DNA of 63,215 bases, taken from positions 1 to 63,215 of the forward strand of contig CAKPXW010000001.1 in NCBI GenBank assembly GCA_934202505.1. The letters run 5' to 3'. The notes under the pieces were generated by a model. That model was given only the letters and a program-made list of their open reading frames with translations. It was not told the DNA's origin and made no database searches. The position numbers were made by a program, and so were the translations under genes. The number at the start of each line of letters is the position of its first letter. Within the stretch, counting starts at the first letter, position 1. This DNA is from an uncultured Bacilli bacterium. GTDB lineage: Bacteria; Bacillota_I; Bacilli_A; RFN20; CAG-631. Below are positions 37,940 through 46,697 of the stretch, one piece after another.

Positions 37940-38674
37940 TTATTTATCTATATAAATTTTTCTTGCGACACCTTTAGAATCAATACCACCAAGTCCATGT
38001 GATTTGGTGTTTTTTAATATATCTTTTACTTTGACATATTCGCTAACATTTATTTGTGAAATGGCTACAGCAATACTTGCTGGGTCTAACGCATGAATAT
38101 TACTTTTACTAGGACTGCTTGCAAAGTTTGCTCCACTGCTAATTAATCCTTCATAGTATGATTGGCAAGCTCCGGCTATAATAATTAAAGCATCTTTATT
38201 AGGTTGATAATCTCTAGCTTTTTTTACTGCATTGATAAAATATTTAGAATTTAAATAACCATCATCAAGATTTGTTCTTTTATACGAATACGCATCATGT
38301 CCTGTAATAACTAAAACATCAGGATGATGTTTATTTAATAAATCAAATATATTGGCTTCAATATCTTTTTCTTTCAAATAACAGCCAACTACTGGTGTAT
38401 TATTTTTTTTATAAAATTGCATACATTTTTCAAGATATTGTTTATCGCCATCAATATGAAGGACTTTTCCTTTTAAAATATCTTTTTCTATTTTACCTTC
38501 AAAGCTAAAAAAATCATCTTTTAAGGAGGCTTCTTTTAAATCTGATAATTTAGCATCGGCAATTAAACGATAATTAATTCCTTTTAAATACGCAACATCA
38601 TGGTCAATATGAATTACTTGAAATAAAACATCATTATTATATTTTTTTCGAGTAACATAATCATTTATTTTCAT
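37940..38674 (-). CDS. yabG: Sporulation-type cysteine protease YabG
   Basis: From memory, collinear with B. subtilis YabG: GKVLHIDGD..YL.KC, DVLVITGHDAYS, AGACQS, GANFASSPS..NIHALDP, GLGGI. Start moved to the MKINDY.. methionine. Confidence 0.85.
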   Translation of the reverse strand: MKINDYVTRKKYNNDVLFQVIHIDHDVAYLKGINYRLIADAKLSDLKEASLKDDFFSFEGKIEKDILKGKVLHIDGDKQYLEKCMQFYKKNNTPVVGCYLKEKDIEANIFDLLNKHHPDVLVITGHDAYSYKRTNLDDGYLNSKYFINAVKKARDYQPNKDALIIIAGACQSYYEGLISSGANFASSPSKSNIHALDPASIAVAISQINVSEYVKVKDILKNTKSHGLGGIDSKGVARKIYIDK

Positions 38675-38722
38675 TAATACCACCATATTAAAATATGTAA
38701 TTAAAAAACGATTATCTAGGAT

Positions 38723-39535
38723 TTAGCCTAAATAATCGCATATTTTTAAAATGTCATCCATTGATAAATTTTCACCTCTAGTACAAGGATCAATTCCTAG
38801 TTCTAATAATTTTTCATTGCTTATTAATTCTTTTAAATTATTTGAAATCGTTTTCCTTCTTGCTTGAAACATAGCTTCACAAACTGTATATAAAGTTTTA
38901 AAGTTAACTTTATGTTCTGGAACTATTTTTTCAAATTTTAATACTATAGAATCAATATTTGGCCTTGGTAAATAAGAGTTTTTACTAACATATTTAACAA
39001 TAGAAGTTTTATATTGATAATCTAAAATAATAGTTAAAGGGTTTATCTCCTTATTTTCAGGCTTAATTAATTTTAAACCAACTTCTTTTTGCATCATAGC
39101 AATCATTACTTTTATTTTGTAGTCATTTACTAAAATCTTATTTAATAATTTACTAGTTATATAATATGGTAAATTAGAAATAATACAAATTTCTTTATCA
39201 CAATAGCTTTCTAACAATTCTTTTAAATCAACTCTAGAAAAATCTTTACAAATGATTTCTAAATTATCGCATTTGAACGTATCATTTAAAATATTAACCA
39301 TTTGTTTATCTATTTCAAATGCTATTACTCTATTTGCTTTTAAAACTAAATATTCAGTTAATGCTCCAAGTCCTGGGCCAATTTCAATCACAACACTATT
39401 TTCGTTTATGTTTGCACTATCAACAATATATTCAGCAATTTCTTTTTCAACCAAAAAGTTTTGACCCAAAGCTTTATTTGCACTTATATTATATTTTCTT
39501 AGCGTTTCATCCACATATTTTTTACTACTTATCAT
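38723..39535 (-). CDS. rsmA: 16S rRNA (adenine1518/1519-N6)-dimethyltransferase
   Basis: LGQNFL and SAM-binding VIEIGPGLGALT motifs. Confidence 0.95.
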   Translation of the reverse strand: MISSKKYVDETLRKYNISANKALGQNFLVEKEIAEYIVDSANINENSVVIEIGPGLGALTEYLVLKANRVIAFEIDKQMVNILNDTFKCDNLEIICKDFSRVDLKELLESYCDKEICIISNLPYYITSKLLNKILVNDYKIKVMIAMMQKEVGLKLIKPENKEINPLTIILDYQYKTSIVKYVSKNSYLPRPNIDSIVLKFEKIVPEHKVNFKTLYTVCEAMFQARRKTISNNLKELISNEKLLELGIDPCTRGENLSMDDILKICDYLG

Positions 39536-40055
39536 TTAGCAAATTCTCCAATTCTTCAAAGCTAACATTTAAAAGATTTAGCATTTTCAATAAAGTTTTA
39601 TTATTGCATTGTCCTATATGATATTTTTTTTCAACAATATTTCTTCTTGTTGTAGAATTTTTACCAGTAAGATTTAATATCATCATATCTTTACATGTTA
39701 AAGAGCCAACTTTATTTTCATTTACGGTAACCAAATTCTCTAAAGCTTTTAAAACTTCTTCTTTAGTGGATTCTGCCACACCTACTTTATGATGTTTTAT
39801 ACTCTTGCTTTTGTCAACAAATGCATGTTTTACATTACATATTTTTTGTGATAACTGACTTCTTATGAATTTTCCAGGATTATCTGGATCTGTTAAAATA
39901 ATAGCTCCTCTTTTTAAAGCTAACTCATTAACAAAATCAAAATTAAAACCATCAATTGCTATTCCGTTGCAAGTAAAAATATCCGCTTCAAGAAATGTTT
40001 CTAGAAATTGCTTATCACTAATTCCTTCAACAATTATTATTTCTTTTACTTTCAT
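39525..40055 (-). CDS. rnmV: Ribonuclease M5
   Basis: TOPRIM motifs IIVEGISD and LTDPDNPG; 176 aa; upstream of rsmA as in Bacillus. Confidence 0.9.
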   Translation of the reverse strand: MKVKEIIIVEGISDKQFLETFLEADIFTCNGIAIDGFNFDFVNELALKRGAIILTDPDNPGKFIRSQLSQKICNVKHAFVDKSKSIKHHKVGVAESTKEEVLKALENLVTVNENKVGSLTCKDMMILNLTGKNSTTRRNIVEKKYHIGQCNNKTLLKMLNLLNVSFEELENLLNDK

Positions 40056-40810
40056 AAATGAAAAACCCTTAGTGAATTTTTATAAACATTTTCTTTTAAA
40101 GTTTCAAGTGGAATATTTTTTATCTTTGCAATTTCTTCAATAACATATCTAACATTAGAAGGTTGATTGATAGTACCTCTAAATGGTACAGGCGTTAAAT
40201 ATGGATCATCTGTTTCTACAAGTATTCTATCAAGTGGACAGTTTAAGGCTACTTCTTTAATTTCTTTAGCATTTTTAAAAGTAACTACCCCAGAAAAAGA
40301 AATATAACAACCAAGTTTTAAATATCTATTCATCATTTCAGCACTTCCAGAATAGCAATGTAAAATTATACCATCTAATTTTTTATGCCATTTTTCCAAT
40401 ATATTATATAAATCTTCATGAGCATTTCTACAATGTATCTGAATTGGCTTTTTTATATTTGAAGCAATTTCTAATTGCTTTTGAAACACTTCAATTTGTA
40501 AGGCTTTATTTTCCTTTGTAAAATAATAATCAAGTCCTATTTCTCCAAGAGCAATACATTTTTTATCATTTAAACATTCAAGCAAAAAAGAATAATCATT
40601 GTCAAAATCATTAACTTCTTCTGGTTGAATGCCACAAATAGCATAAAGCATATTATACTTATTAGCAAGTTTTAATGATTTTATCGATGATTCTTTATCA
40701 TATCCAACCACAGCAATTTTATTAACATCATTTTCTAAAGCATTATGTAAAATAGCTTCTATTTCTTCATCTTTTCTATCGCAAATATGCGAATGAGTAT
40801 TAAAAATCAT
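40052..40810 (-). CDS. tatD: TatD-family metal-dependent hydrolase (YabD-like)
   Basis: N-terminal THSH motif, EIGLDY, HCR and ETDDPYL motifs. Confidence 0.9.
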   Translation of the reverse strand: MIFNTHSHICDRKDEEIEAILHNALENDVNKIAVVGYDKESSIKSLKLANKYNMLYAICGIQPEEVNDFDNDYSFLLECLNDKKCIALGEIGLDYYFTKENKALQIEVFQKQLEIASNIKKPIQIHCRNAHEDLYNILEKWHKKLDGIILHCYSGSAEMMNRYLKLGCYISFSGVVTFKNAKEIKEVALNCPLDRILVETDDPYLTPVPFRGTINQPSNVRYVIEEIAKIKNIPLETLKENVYKNSLRVFHL

Positions 40811-40811
40811 T

Positions 40812-42143
40812 TTACTTACCTAAACAAAACTTCGAAAAAATATTATCTAATAAATTTTCTTTGTTTACCTTTCCAAGTATTTCCATAATAGACTTATAAG
40901 CTTGTTTGATGTCAATCGATATAATATCAACTACTTGTCCTTGCATTGCTTGAATCTTAGCACTTTCAAGACTTTGCTTTGCTTGCAATAATAAGCCTTC
41001 TTGTCTTGCATTAAATAAAATTGGTTCATTATTATAGGTGAAATCTTTAAATTTTTCTTTTATTTTATTTTCAAGTTCTAAAATATCTTTATTAATTGCT
41101 GATATTTTTATACTATCATCTATATCTAACATATTTCCTTTATCAGTTTTATTTAAAATGATAATTCTTTGATAATTTTTTGTTTTTTCTAAAAGTTCGT
41201 AATCTTCTTCTTCAAGGCCTTTTGAACCATCTAACACTAATAAAACTAGTTTTGCTTTTTCTAATGATTTTAGTGATTTATCTATTCCAATTTTCTCTAT
41301 ATAATCATCAGATTTTCGAATTCCTGCTGTATCAATTAAATTTAAAGTTATACCATCAAGATTGATTGTTCCTTCAACAATATCTCTTGTAGTACCAGCA
41401 ATATCAGTCACAATTGCTTTATCTTCTTTTATCAAAGCATTTAATAATGATGATTTTCCTACATTAGGTTTTCCAATAATTACAGTATCTATTCCATTTT
41501 TAATGATTTGTCCTTTTCTAGTATCATTAATAATTTTGTCTAATCTACTAAGCAAAGCATTAATCATTGGTAAGATAGTATCATGAGTTAATTGTTCTAC
41601 ATCATCATATTCTGGATAATCAATATTTACTTCAATATGTGAAATTATATCTAATAAATTATCGGCCAATTCTTCTACAAATTTACTTGTTTTACCTTCT
41701 ACTCCACTTAAAGCAAGAGACGTTGCTTGCTTACTTGTAGCATTTATTAAATCGTTAATTGCTTCAGCACTAACTAAATCGATTTTTCCATTTATAAAAG
41801 CTCTTGAAGAAAATTCTCCATTTGTTGCCATACGAGCGCCATGTTTTATATAAGTTGAAATTATATTATTAACAATAAGCATACTTCCATGACATGTAAT
41901 TTCTACTACGTCTTCCCCTGTAAAAGAATTAGGACCATAATAAAAAGAAGCCATCACTTGATCTATTTTTTCATTTTCATCTTCAATATATCCATAATAA
42001 ACATGTTGATGTAAATGTTCCTTTTTATTTGTGAATAGTTTATTTGTAATTAAAATAGCATCTTTTCCACTTATTCTTATTAAAGCAATTGCTGATTTCA
42101 ATGCTCCAGAGCAAAGAGATACTATTGTATCGTTTAATTCCAT
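40812..42143 (-). CDS. mnmE: tRNA modification GTPase MnmE
   Basis: G1 GKPNVGKSSLLNAL, DTAGIR, and the C-terminal FCLGK motif. Confidence 0.95.
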   Translation of the reverse strand: MELNDTIVSLCSGALKSAIALIRISGKDAILITNKLFTNKKEHLHQHVYYGYIEDENEKIDQVMASFYYGPNSFTGEDVVEITCHGSMLIVNNIISTYIKHGARMATNGEFSSRAFINGKIDLVSAEAINDLINATSKQATSLALSGVEGKTSKFVEELADNLLDIISHIEVNIDYPEYDDVEQLTHDTILPMINALLSRLDKIINDTRKGQIIKNGIDTVIIGKPNVGKSSLLNALIKEDKAIVTDIAGTTRDIVEGTINLDGITLNLIDTAGIRKSDDYIEKIGIDKSLKSLEKAKLVLLVLDGSKGLEEEDYELLEKTKNYQRIIILNKTDKGNMLDIDDSIKISAINKDILELENKIKEKFKDFTYNNEPILFNARQEGLLLQAKQSLESAKIQAMQGQVVDIISIDIKQAYKSIMEILGKVNKENLLDNIFSKFCLGK

Positions 42144-42229
42144 TATAATGACTTCCTCCTTTTATATATTATACATTAATAATTATAACTTTAAAATAAA
42201 TGATTGATATTAACAAATATAAAAATTAA

Positions 42230-42238
42230 TGATATAAT
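42230..42238 (+). promoter_or_regulatory. Extended -10 element of the ribU leader promoter
   Basis: TGaTATAAT ends about 7 nt before the first riboswitch nucleotides. Confidence 0.5.
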
Positions 42239-42242
42239 TAAC

Positions 42243-42396
42243 TTATCTTCAGGGTATGGTGTAATTCCTAACCGGCGGTAAACTCCGCGAGCCTATTTTG
42301 GTTGAACTTGTGAAATTCAAGTAGCGACAGTAAAGTCTGGATGAAAGAAGAACATTCTTTTATTTTTAGTAGCATCCTGAAAGATGCTTTTTTTAT
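42243..42396 (+). promoter_or_regulatory. FMN (RFN) riboswitch with terminator
   Basis: cttcagggtatggtgtaattcctaaccggcggta ... gcgacagtaaagtctggatgaaagaaga matches the RFN core. Followed by agcatc-ctgaaa-gatgct plus T8. Confidence 0.9.
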
Positions 42397-42419
42397 TTTA
42401 AATGAAAGGAAATATTATT

Positions 42420-43073
42420 ATGAAATCAATCAATAAAAAAATTGCTATTACCGCTATGTTTGCTGCTTTATCCTATGTTTCTACTTTTGTATTTCACTTT
42501 TTAAATTTATCATTACCAGCCATTCCTTTTTTAAGCTATGATCCAAAAGATATTATTATTTGTATTTCTGGCTTTATTTTAGGACCATTTGCTGCAATTG
42601 GCATTAGCGTTATTGTTTCACTACTTGAAATGATAACTATCAGTTCTACTGGATTTTATGGTTTAATAATGAATATTGTTGCAACATGTGCTTTTGCTGT
42701 TCCTGCTAGCTTAATATATCAAAAAAAGAAGAATTTTAAAGGAGCTATAATTTCTTTAATTTTCGCTTTTGTATCTACACTTTTTACAATGATTCTTTGG
42801 AATATCATTATTACTCCTATATATCTTTCAATAGATAGAAGTTTATTAATTCAAAAATATCTTGCTTACATCGTAGCTTTTAATGCTATTCAATCAGGAA
42901 TAAATATTTCTATGGTTCTTTTACTTTATAAGCCTATTGTAACTGCTTTAAGAGCTATTCATCTTGTTGATTCATCTAGTAAAAAAACTGATAAAAAAAC
43001 AACCATATTAATGGTTGCTATTGGTTTAATACTTTTAGTTAGTTTAATTGTTGTATGGATATTAATTAAATAA
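42420..43073 (+). CDS. ribU: Riboflavin ECF-transporter S component
   Basis: Six-TM 217-aa protein directly behind the FMN riboswitch. Start moved to ATG 42420 (AAAGGA 9 nt upstream). Confidence 0.85.
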   Translation: MKSINKKIAITAMFAALSYVSTFVFHFLNLSLPAIPFLSYDPKDIIICISGFILGPFAAIGISVIVSLLEMITISSTGFYGLIMNIVATCAFAVPASLIYQKKKNFKGAIISLIFAFVSTLFTMILWNIIITPIYLSIDRSLLIQKYLAYIVAFNAIQSGINISMVLLLYKPIVTALRAIHLVDSSSKKTDKKTTILMVAIGLILLVSLIVVWILIK

Positions 43074-43075
43074 CA

Positions 43076-43660
43076 CTATTTTTTACAAAAGTTAACAATT
43101 TCTCCCATTTGATCTTTTCCACAATGAGCGGCATTTGATTCATCTGTATCAATGTGCATAGCTAATGCATAATTTTTAGAAACACGAACGACAACATCTC
43201 CAAATACAAGAGATCTTCCTTCAGTTTCTACTTTTACGCATACAACGTCTTTATCTTTTACACCTAAATTTTCTGCATCTTCTGGTGTGGCATGAATATG
43301 TCTTTTAGCAATTATTACGCCCTCATCTAATGTTACTTTTCCAGCAGGTCCTACTAATTCACATGCTGCTGATCCTTTTACATCTCCTGATTCTCTAATT
43401 GGAGCCACAACTCCAATTGTTCTTGCATCAGTAAATGATAATTCTACTTGATTAACATTTCTACATGGTCCTAAAATTGAACAATTTAATACGCCTTTAG
43501 GTCCAACTACTTGAACTTTTTGATTAGAAGCAAATTGGCCAGGTTGAGATAGCATTTTCTTTACTTCTAGTGTTGCTCCTTTACCAAATAATACTTCTAA
43601 TGTTTCTTGTGTTACATGAACATGTCTTGCTGATGTTTCTACTATAAATTTCTTTTCCAT
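43076..43660 (-). CDS. pduL: Phosphate propanoyl/acetyl-transferase PduL
   Basis: Duplicated PduL motifs SARHVHV and KRHIHATPEDA; 194 aa. Confidence 0.9.
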   Translation of the reverse strand: MEKKFIVETSARHVHVTQETLEVLFGKGATLEVKKMLSQPGQFASNQKVQVVGPKGVLNCSILGPCRNVNQVELSFTDARTIGVVAPIRESGDVKGSAACELVGPAGKVTLDEGVIIAKRHIHATPEDAENLGVKDKDVVCVKVETEGRSLVFGDVVVRVSKNYALAMHIDTDESNAAHCGKDQMGEIVNFCKK

Positions 43661-43689
43661 AAAAACTCTCCTTTTATTGCTAACTTATA

Positions 43690-44580
43690 TTATCTATATA
43701 AGTTTAGTCCTCCTTTAATTATTTCACAATTATATTCATTGTTAGGTTCTGTAATATTTCCATCTATTTGAATTACAAATGGTTTATTACTTTTAAATAC
43801 TGCCTTTTGACAATAAATATGTTGAGTTCCTTTTTTCTTAAATATCTTTTTATTTAATAAGGAAACTAAATAAAAAGGTATTTTTATTTTTTTCATTTTA
43901 TCTACATAAACAAATTCTAATTTTTCATCATAACAATTAGCACCAGGGCAAATTGTTATCCCACCACCTATTGATGATCCATTACATAAGCAAATTATAA
44001 AACCATTTTTATGTTCAAATTCTTTGCCATCAATAGAAACATCAAATGAATACCAATCAAAATGTAATAAAGCTGAAATCAAAGCAACTAAATATCTAAA
44101 TTTTCCTTTTAATTTTTTATACTTTTCAAAATTTTCTAAAACAGCGATATCAATTCCTGTACCTAGAACATTTGCACATCTTTTACCATTTACAAGTATA
44201 TAATCTGTTTTTTTAGCTTCTGACATAAAAATTTTATCTAAGCATTCTAGTGGCTTTTTCTTTGAAAAATTAATTACTGAAGCAAAATCATTTCCTGATC
44301 CTGCAGGTATTATTCCTAGGTTCCATTTATCAAGATTATTAACTCCATTTAATACTTCGTTAAAAGTCCCATCTCCACCTATTGTAACAATGCTACCATT
44401 TTCATTTTCAGAAGTAATCTTTTTTGCTAATTCATTAGGATGACGATAATATTCTGAAACATACCATTTATAGGCAATTTTTTTCTCATCTAAGTATTTT
44501 TTTATTTGTGATAAAAACTTATTTTTTTTATCTTGATTTTTTTTCCTACCAGAAATTGGATTTACAATAATATGAAACAC
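43690..44580 (-). CDS. Diacylglycerol/lipid kinase family protein (YegS/DagK-like)
   Basis: GGDGTFNEV catalytic-domain motif; 296 aa. Confidence 0.85.
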   Translation of the reverse strand: MFHIIVNPISGRKKNQDKKNKFLSQIKKYLDEKKIAYKWYVSEYYRHPNELAKKITSENENGSIVTIGGDGTFNEVLNGVNNLDKWNLGIIPAGSGNDFASVINFSKKKPLECLDKIFMSEAKKTDYILVNGKRCANVLGTGIDIAVLENFEKYKKLKGKFRYLVALISALLHFDWYSFDVSIDGKEFEHKNGFIICLCNGSSIGGGITICPGANCYDEKLEFVYVDKMKKIKIPFYLVSLLNKKIFKKKGTQHIYCQKAVFKSNKPFVIQIDGNITEPNNEYNCEIIKGGLNLYR

Positions 44581-44620
44581 TATGATTCCCCCAATACTTT
44601 AATAATTATATATCAATGTA

Positions 44621-44649
44621 AAAAAAAAGTCTAGAATAGTCTAGACTTA
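44621..44649 (-). terminator. Rho-independent terminator after the DUF1540 gene
   Basis: Minus strand agtctaga-N4-tctagact followed by T9. Confidence 0.7.
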
Positions 44650-44682
44650 ACTAATTAATGATTAATATAACATTAAATTATA

Positions 44683-44967
44683 TTATCTTCTTCTATATGT
44701 AGTGCACCAAGCATCAGAATCAATCTTTACTTCTTGAGCTTTGCATCTGCTTTCATTATTAAATATACATGATTCTTCACTACATGATATCGCAGTCTCT
44801 AAATCAGCATAATTATCTAATGCAAATTCTTCATTATAAGAATCATTTTCATTTTTTACCTGATATGAGCAGCATATAGCATCTTCATCGACAATAATAC
44901 TTTGTTTTTTACAAACACACTTACAATTATGTTTGCACGTTCTTTCATCACATGTTAATTTATTCAT
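44683..44967 (-). CDS. Cys-rich DUF1540-like protein
   Basis: Two repeats of the C-x(n)-C..C-C pattern (CDERTCKHNCKCVC.., CSEESCIFN..RC..). Family call is from memory. Confidence 0.6.
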   Translation of the reverse strand: MNKLTCDERTCKHNCKCVCKKQSIIVDEDAICCSYQVKNENDSYNEEFALDNYADLETAISCSEESCIFNNESRCKAQEVKIDSDAWCTTYRRR

Positions 44968-45011
44968 ACTATCCTCCTATAGATAGTATGATTTAATTAC
45001 TATATTTTATT

Positions 45012-46679
45012 CTAAAAAATTCCTACAGAATTGCCATTTTCATCCATATCAATTTTTAATGCGGCAGGAACACGTGGAAGACCTGGCATTGTCATTATTG
45101 ATCCTGTTATACAAACTAAAAATCCTGCGCCAATTGCTGGCCTAATTTCTCTTACATGAATTGTAAAATCTTTTGGCCTTCCTATAATATGAGAATCATC
45201 TGTTAATGATGCAGGTGTTTTAGCTATGCAAATTGCTAATTTGTCCCAGCCTAACTCTTTATATTTTTTTATTTGTTCTTTAGCTTCATTTGAAAATTCA
45301 ACTTTACTTGCCCCATAAACAATTGTTGCAATTTTATTTACCTTTTCTTCGATAGATTCTTTCAAATCATACAATTGATGGAATTCATTTGGCATTTCTA
45401 CTAATTCTATAACTTTCTTTGCAAGATTAATTCCACCTTTTCCACCATGTGCCCATACATTAGATAATTCTATTGGATAATTATTATCTTCGCACCATTT
45501 CTTTAATGCCTTCACTTCACTAGGTTTATCAGTTGGAAATTTATTTATGGCTACTACAAAAGGCAGTTTAAATGATTGAATTGTTTCAATATGTTTTTGT
45601 AAATTGCAAGCCCCTTTAAGCATAGCTTTTACATTTCCTTTACTTAAATTTTCTTTAGAAATTCCACCATGCATTTTTAAAGCTCTAATTGTAGCAACAA
45701 TTACTACTGCACTAGGTTTAATATTTCCAACTCTACATTTAATATCTAAAAACTTTTCAGCTCCAAGATCTGCACCAAATCCAGCTTCTGTTACTACATA
45801 ATCAGATAATTGAATTCCCATTTTTGTTGCAACTATTGAATTACATCCATGGGCTATATTAGCAAAAGGTCCACCATGAATTAAAACTGGTCCTCCTTCT
45901 AATGTTTGAACAAGATTTGGTCTAAAGGCATCTTTAAGTAATAATGTAATACATCCACCTATTTTTAAGTCTTTTACTGTAACTGGATTACCTGAAAAAT
46001 TATAGCCAATAACAATAGTATCAATTCTTTTTCTTAAATCTTTATAATCTGTTGCTAGACATAATATAGCCATTATTTCACTAGCTACAGTTATGTTAAA
46101 TCCATCTTTTCTAGGAATGCCATCAAATTTACCACCTTTTCCAACTTCAACAAACCTTAATGCTCGATCATTTAAATCTAAGCATCTTTTCCATGTAATA
46201 TTATTAGGGTCTATTCCAAGTTCATTTCCTTGATATATGTGATTATCAATAAAAGCAGAAATTGCATTATTAGCAGTTGTTATTGCATGAATGTCACCAG
46301 TAAAATGCAGATTGATTTCATCCATTGGCATTACTTGAGCATATCCTCCCCCGGCAGCACCACCTTTAATTCCCATAACAGGTCCTAATGAAGGCTCTCT
46401 TAAAACGCATAAAACATTTTTCTTCATTTTACGTAATGCTTCAGATAAGCCAATAGAAGTTGTAGTTTTTCCTTCTCCTGCTGGAGTTGGTGAAATAGCT
46501 GTTACTAGTATAACTTTACCATTTTTACTTTTTTTATCAAACACATTAAAATTTAATTTAGCTTTATATTTACCATATAAATCATATTCATCTTTTGTTA
46601 AAGATAGTTCTTTTGCCACTTTTTCAATTGGCCTCATTTTTGTTTCTTGGGCTATTTGCAAATCTGTTTTATATTCCAT
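45012..46679 (-). CDS. fhs: Formate-tetrahydrofolate ligase
   Basis: PTPAGEGKTT P-loop; 555 aa; conserved throughout. Confidence 0.97.
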   Translation of the reverse strand: MEYKTDLQIAQETKMRPIEKVAKELSLTKDEYDLYGKYKAKLNFNVFDKKSKNGKVILVTAISPTPAGEGKTTTSIGLSEALRKMKKNVLCVLREPSLGPVMGIKGGAAGGGYAQVMPMDEINLHFTGDIHAITTANNAISAFIDNHIYQGNELGIDPNNITWKRCLDLNDRALRFVEVGKGGKFDGIPRKDGFNITVASEIMAILCLATDYKDLRKRIDTIVIGYNFSGNPVTVKDLKIGGCITLLLKDAFRPNLVQTLEGGPVLIHGGPFANIAHGCNSIVATKMGIQLSDYVVTEAGFGADLGAEKFLDIKCRVGNIKPSAVVIVATIRALKMHGGISKENLSKGNVKAMLKGACNLQKHIETIQSFKLPFVVAINKFPTDKPSEVKALKKWCEDNNYPIELSNVWAHGGKGGINLAKKVIELVEMPNEFHQLYDLKESIEEKVNKIATIVYGASKVEFSNEAKEQIKKYKELGWDKLAICIAKTPASLTDDSHIIGRPKDFTIHVREIRPAIGAGFLVCITGSIMTMPGLPRVPAALKIDMDENGNSVGIF

Positions 46680-46697
46680 TATTAAAACCTCGCTATA

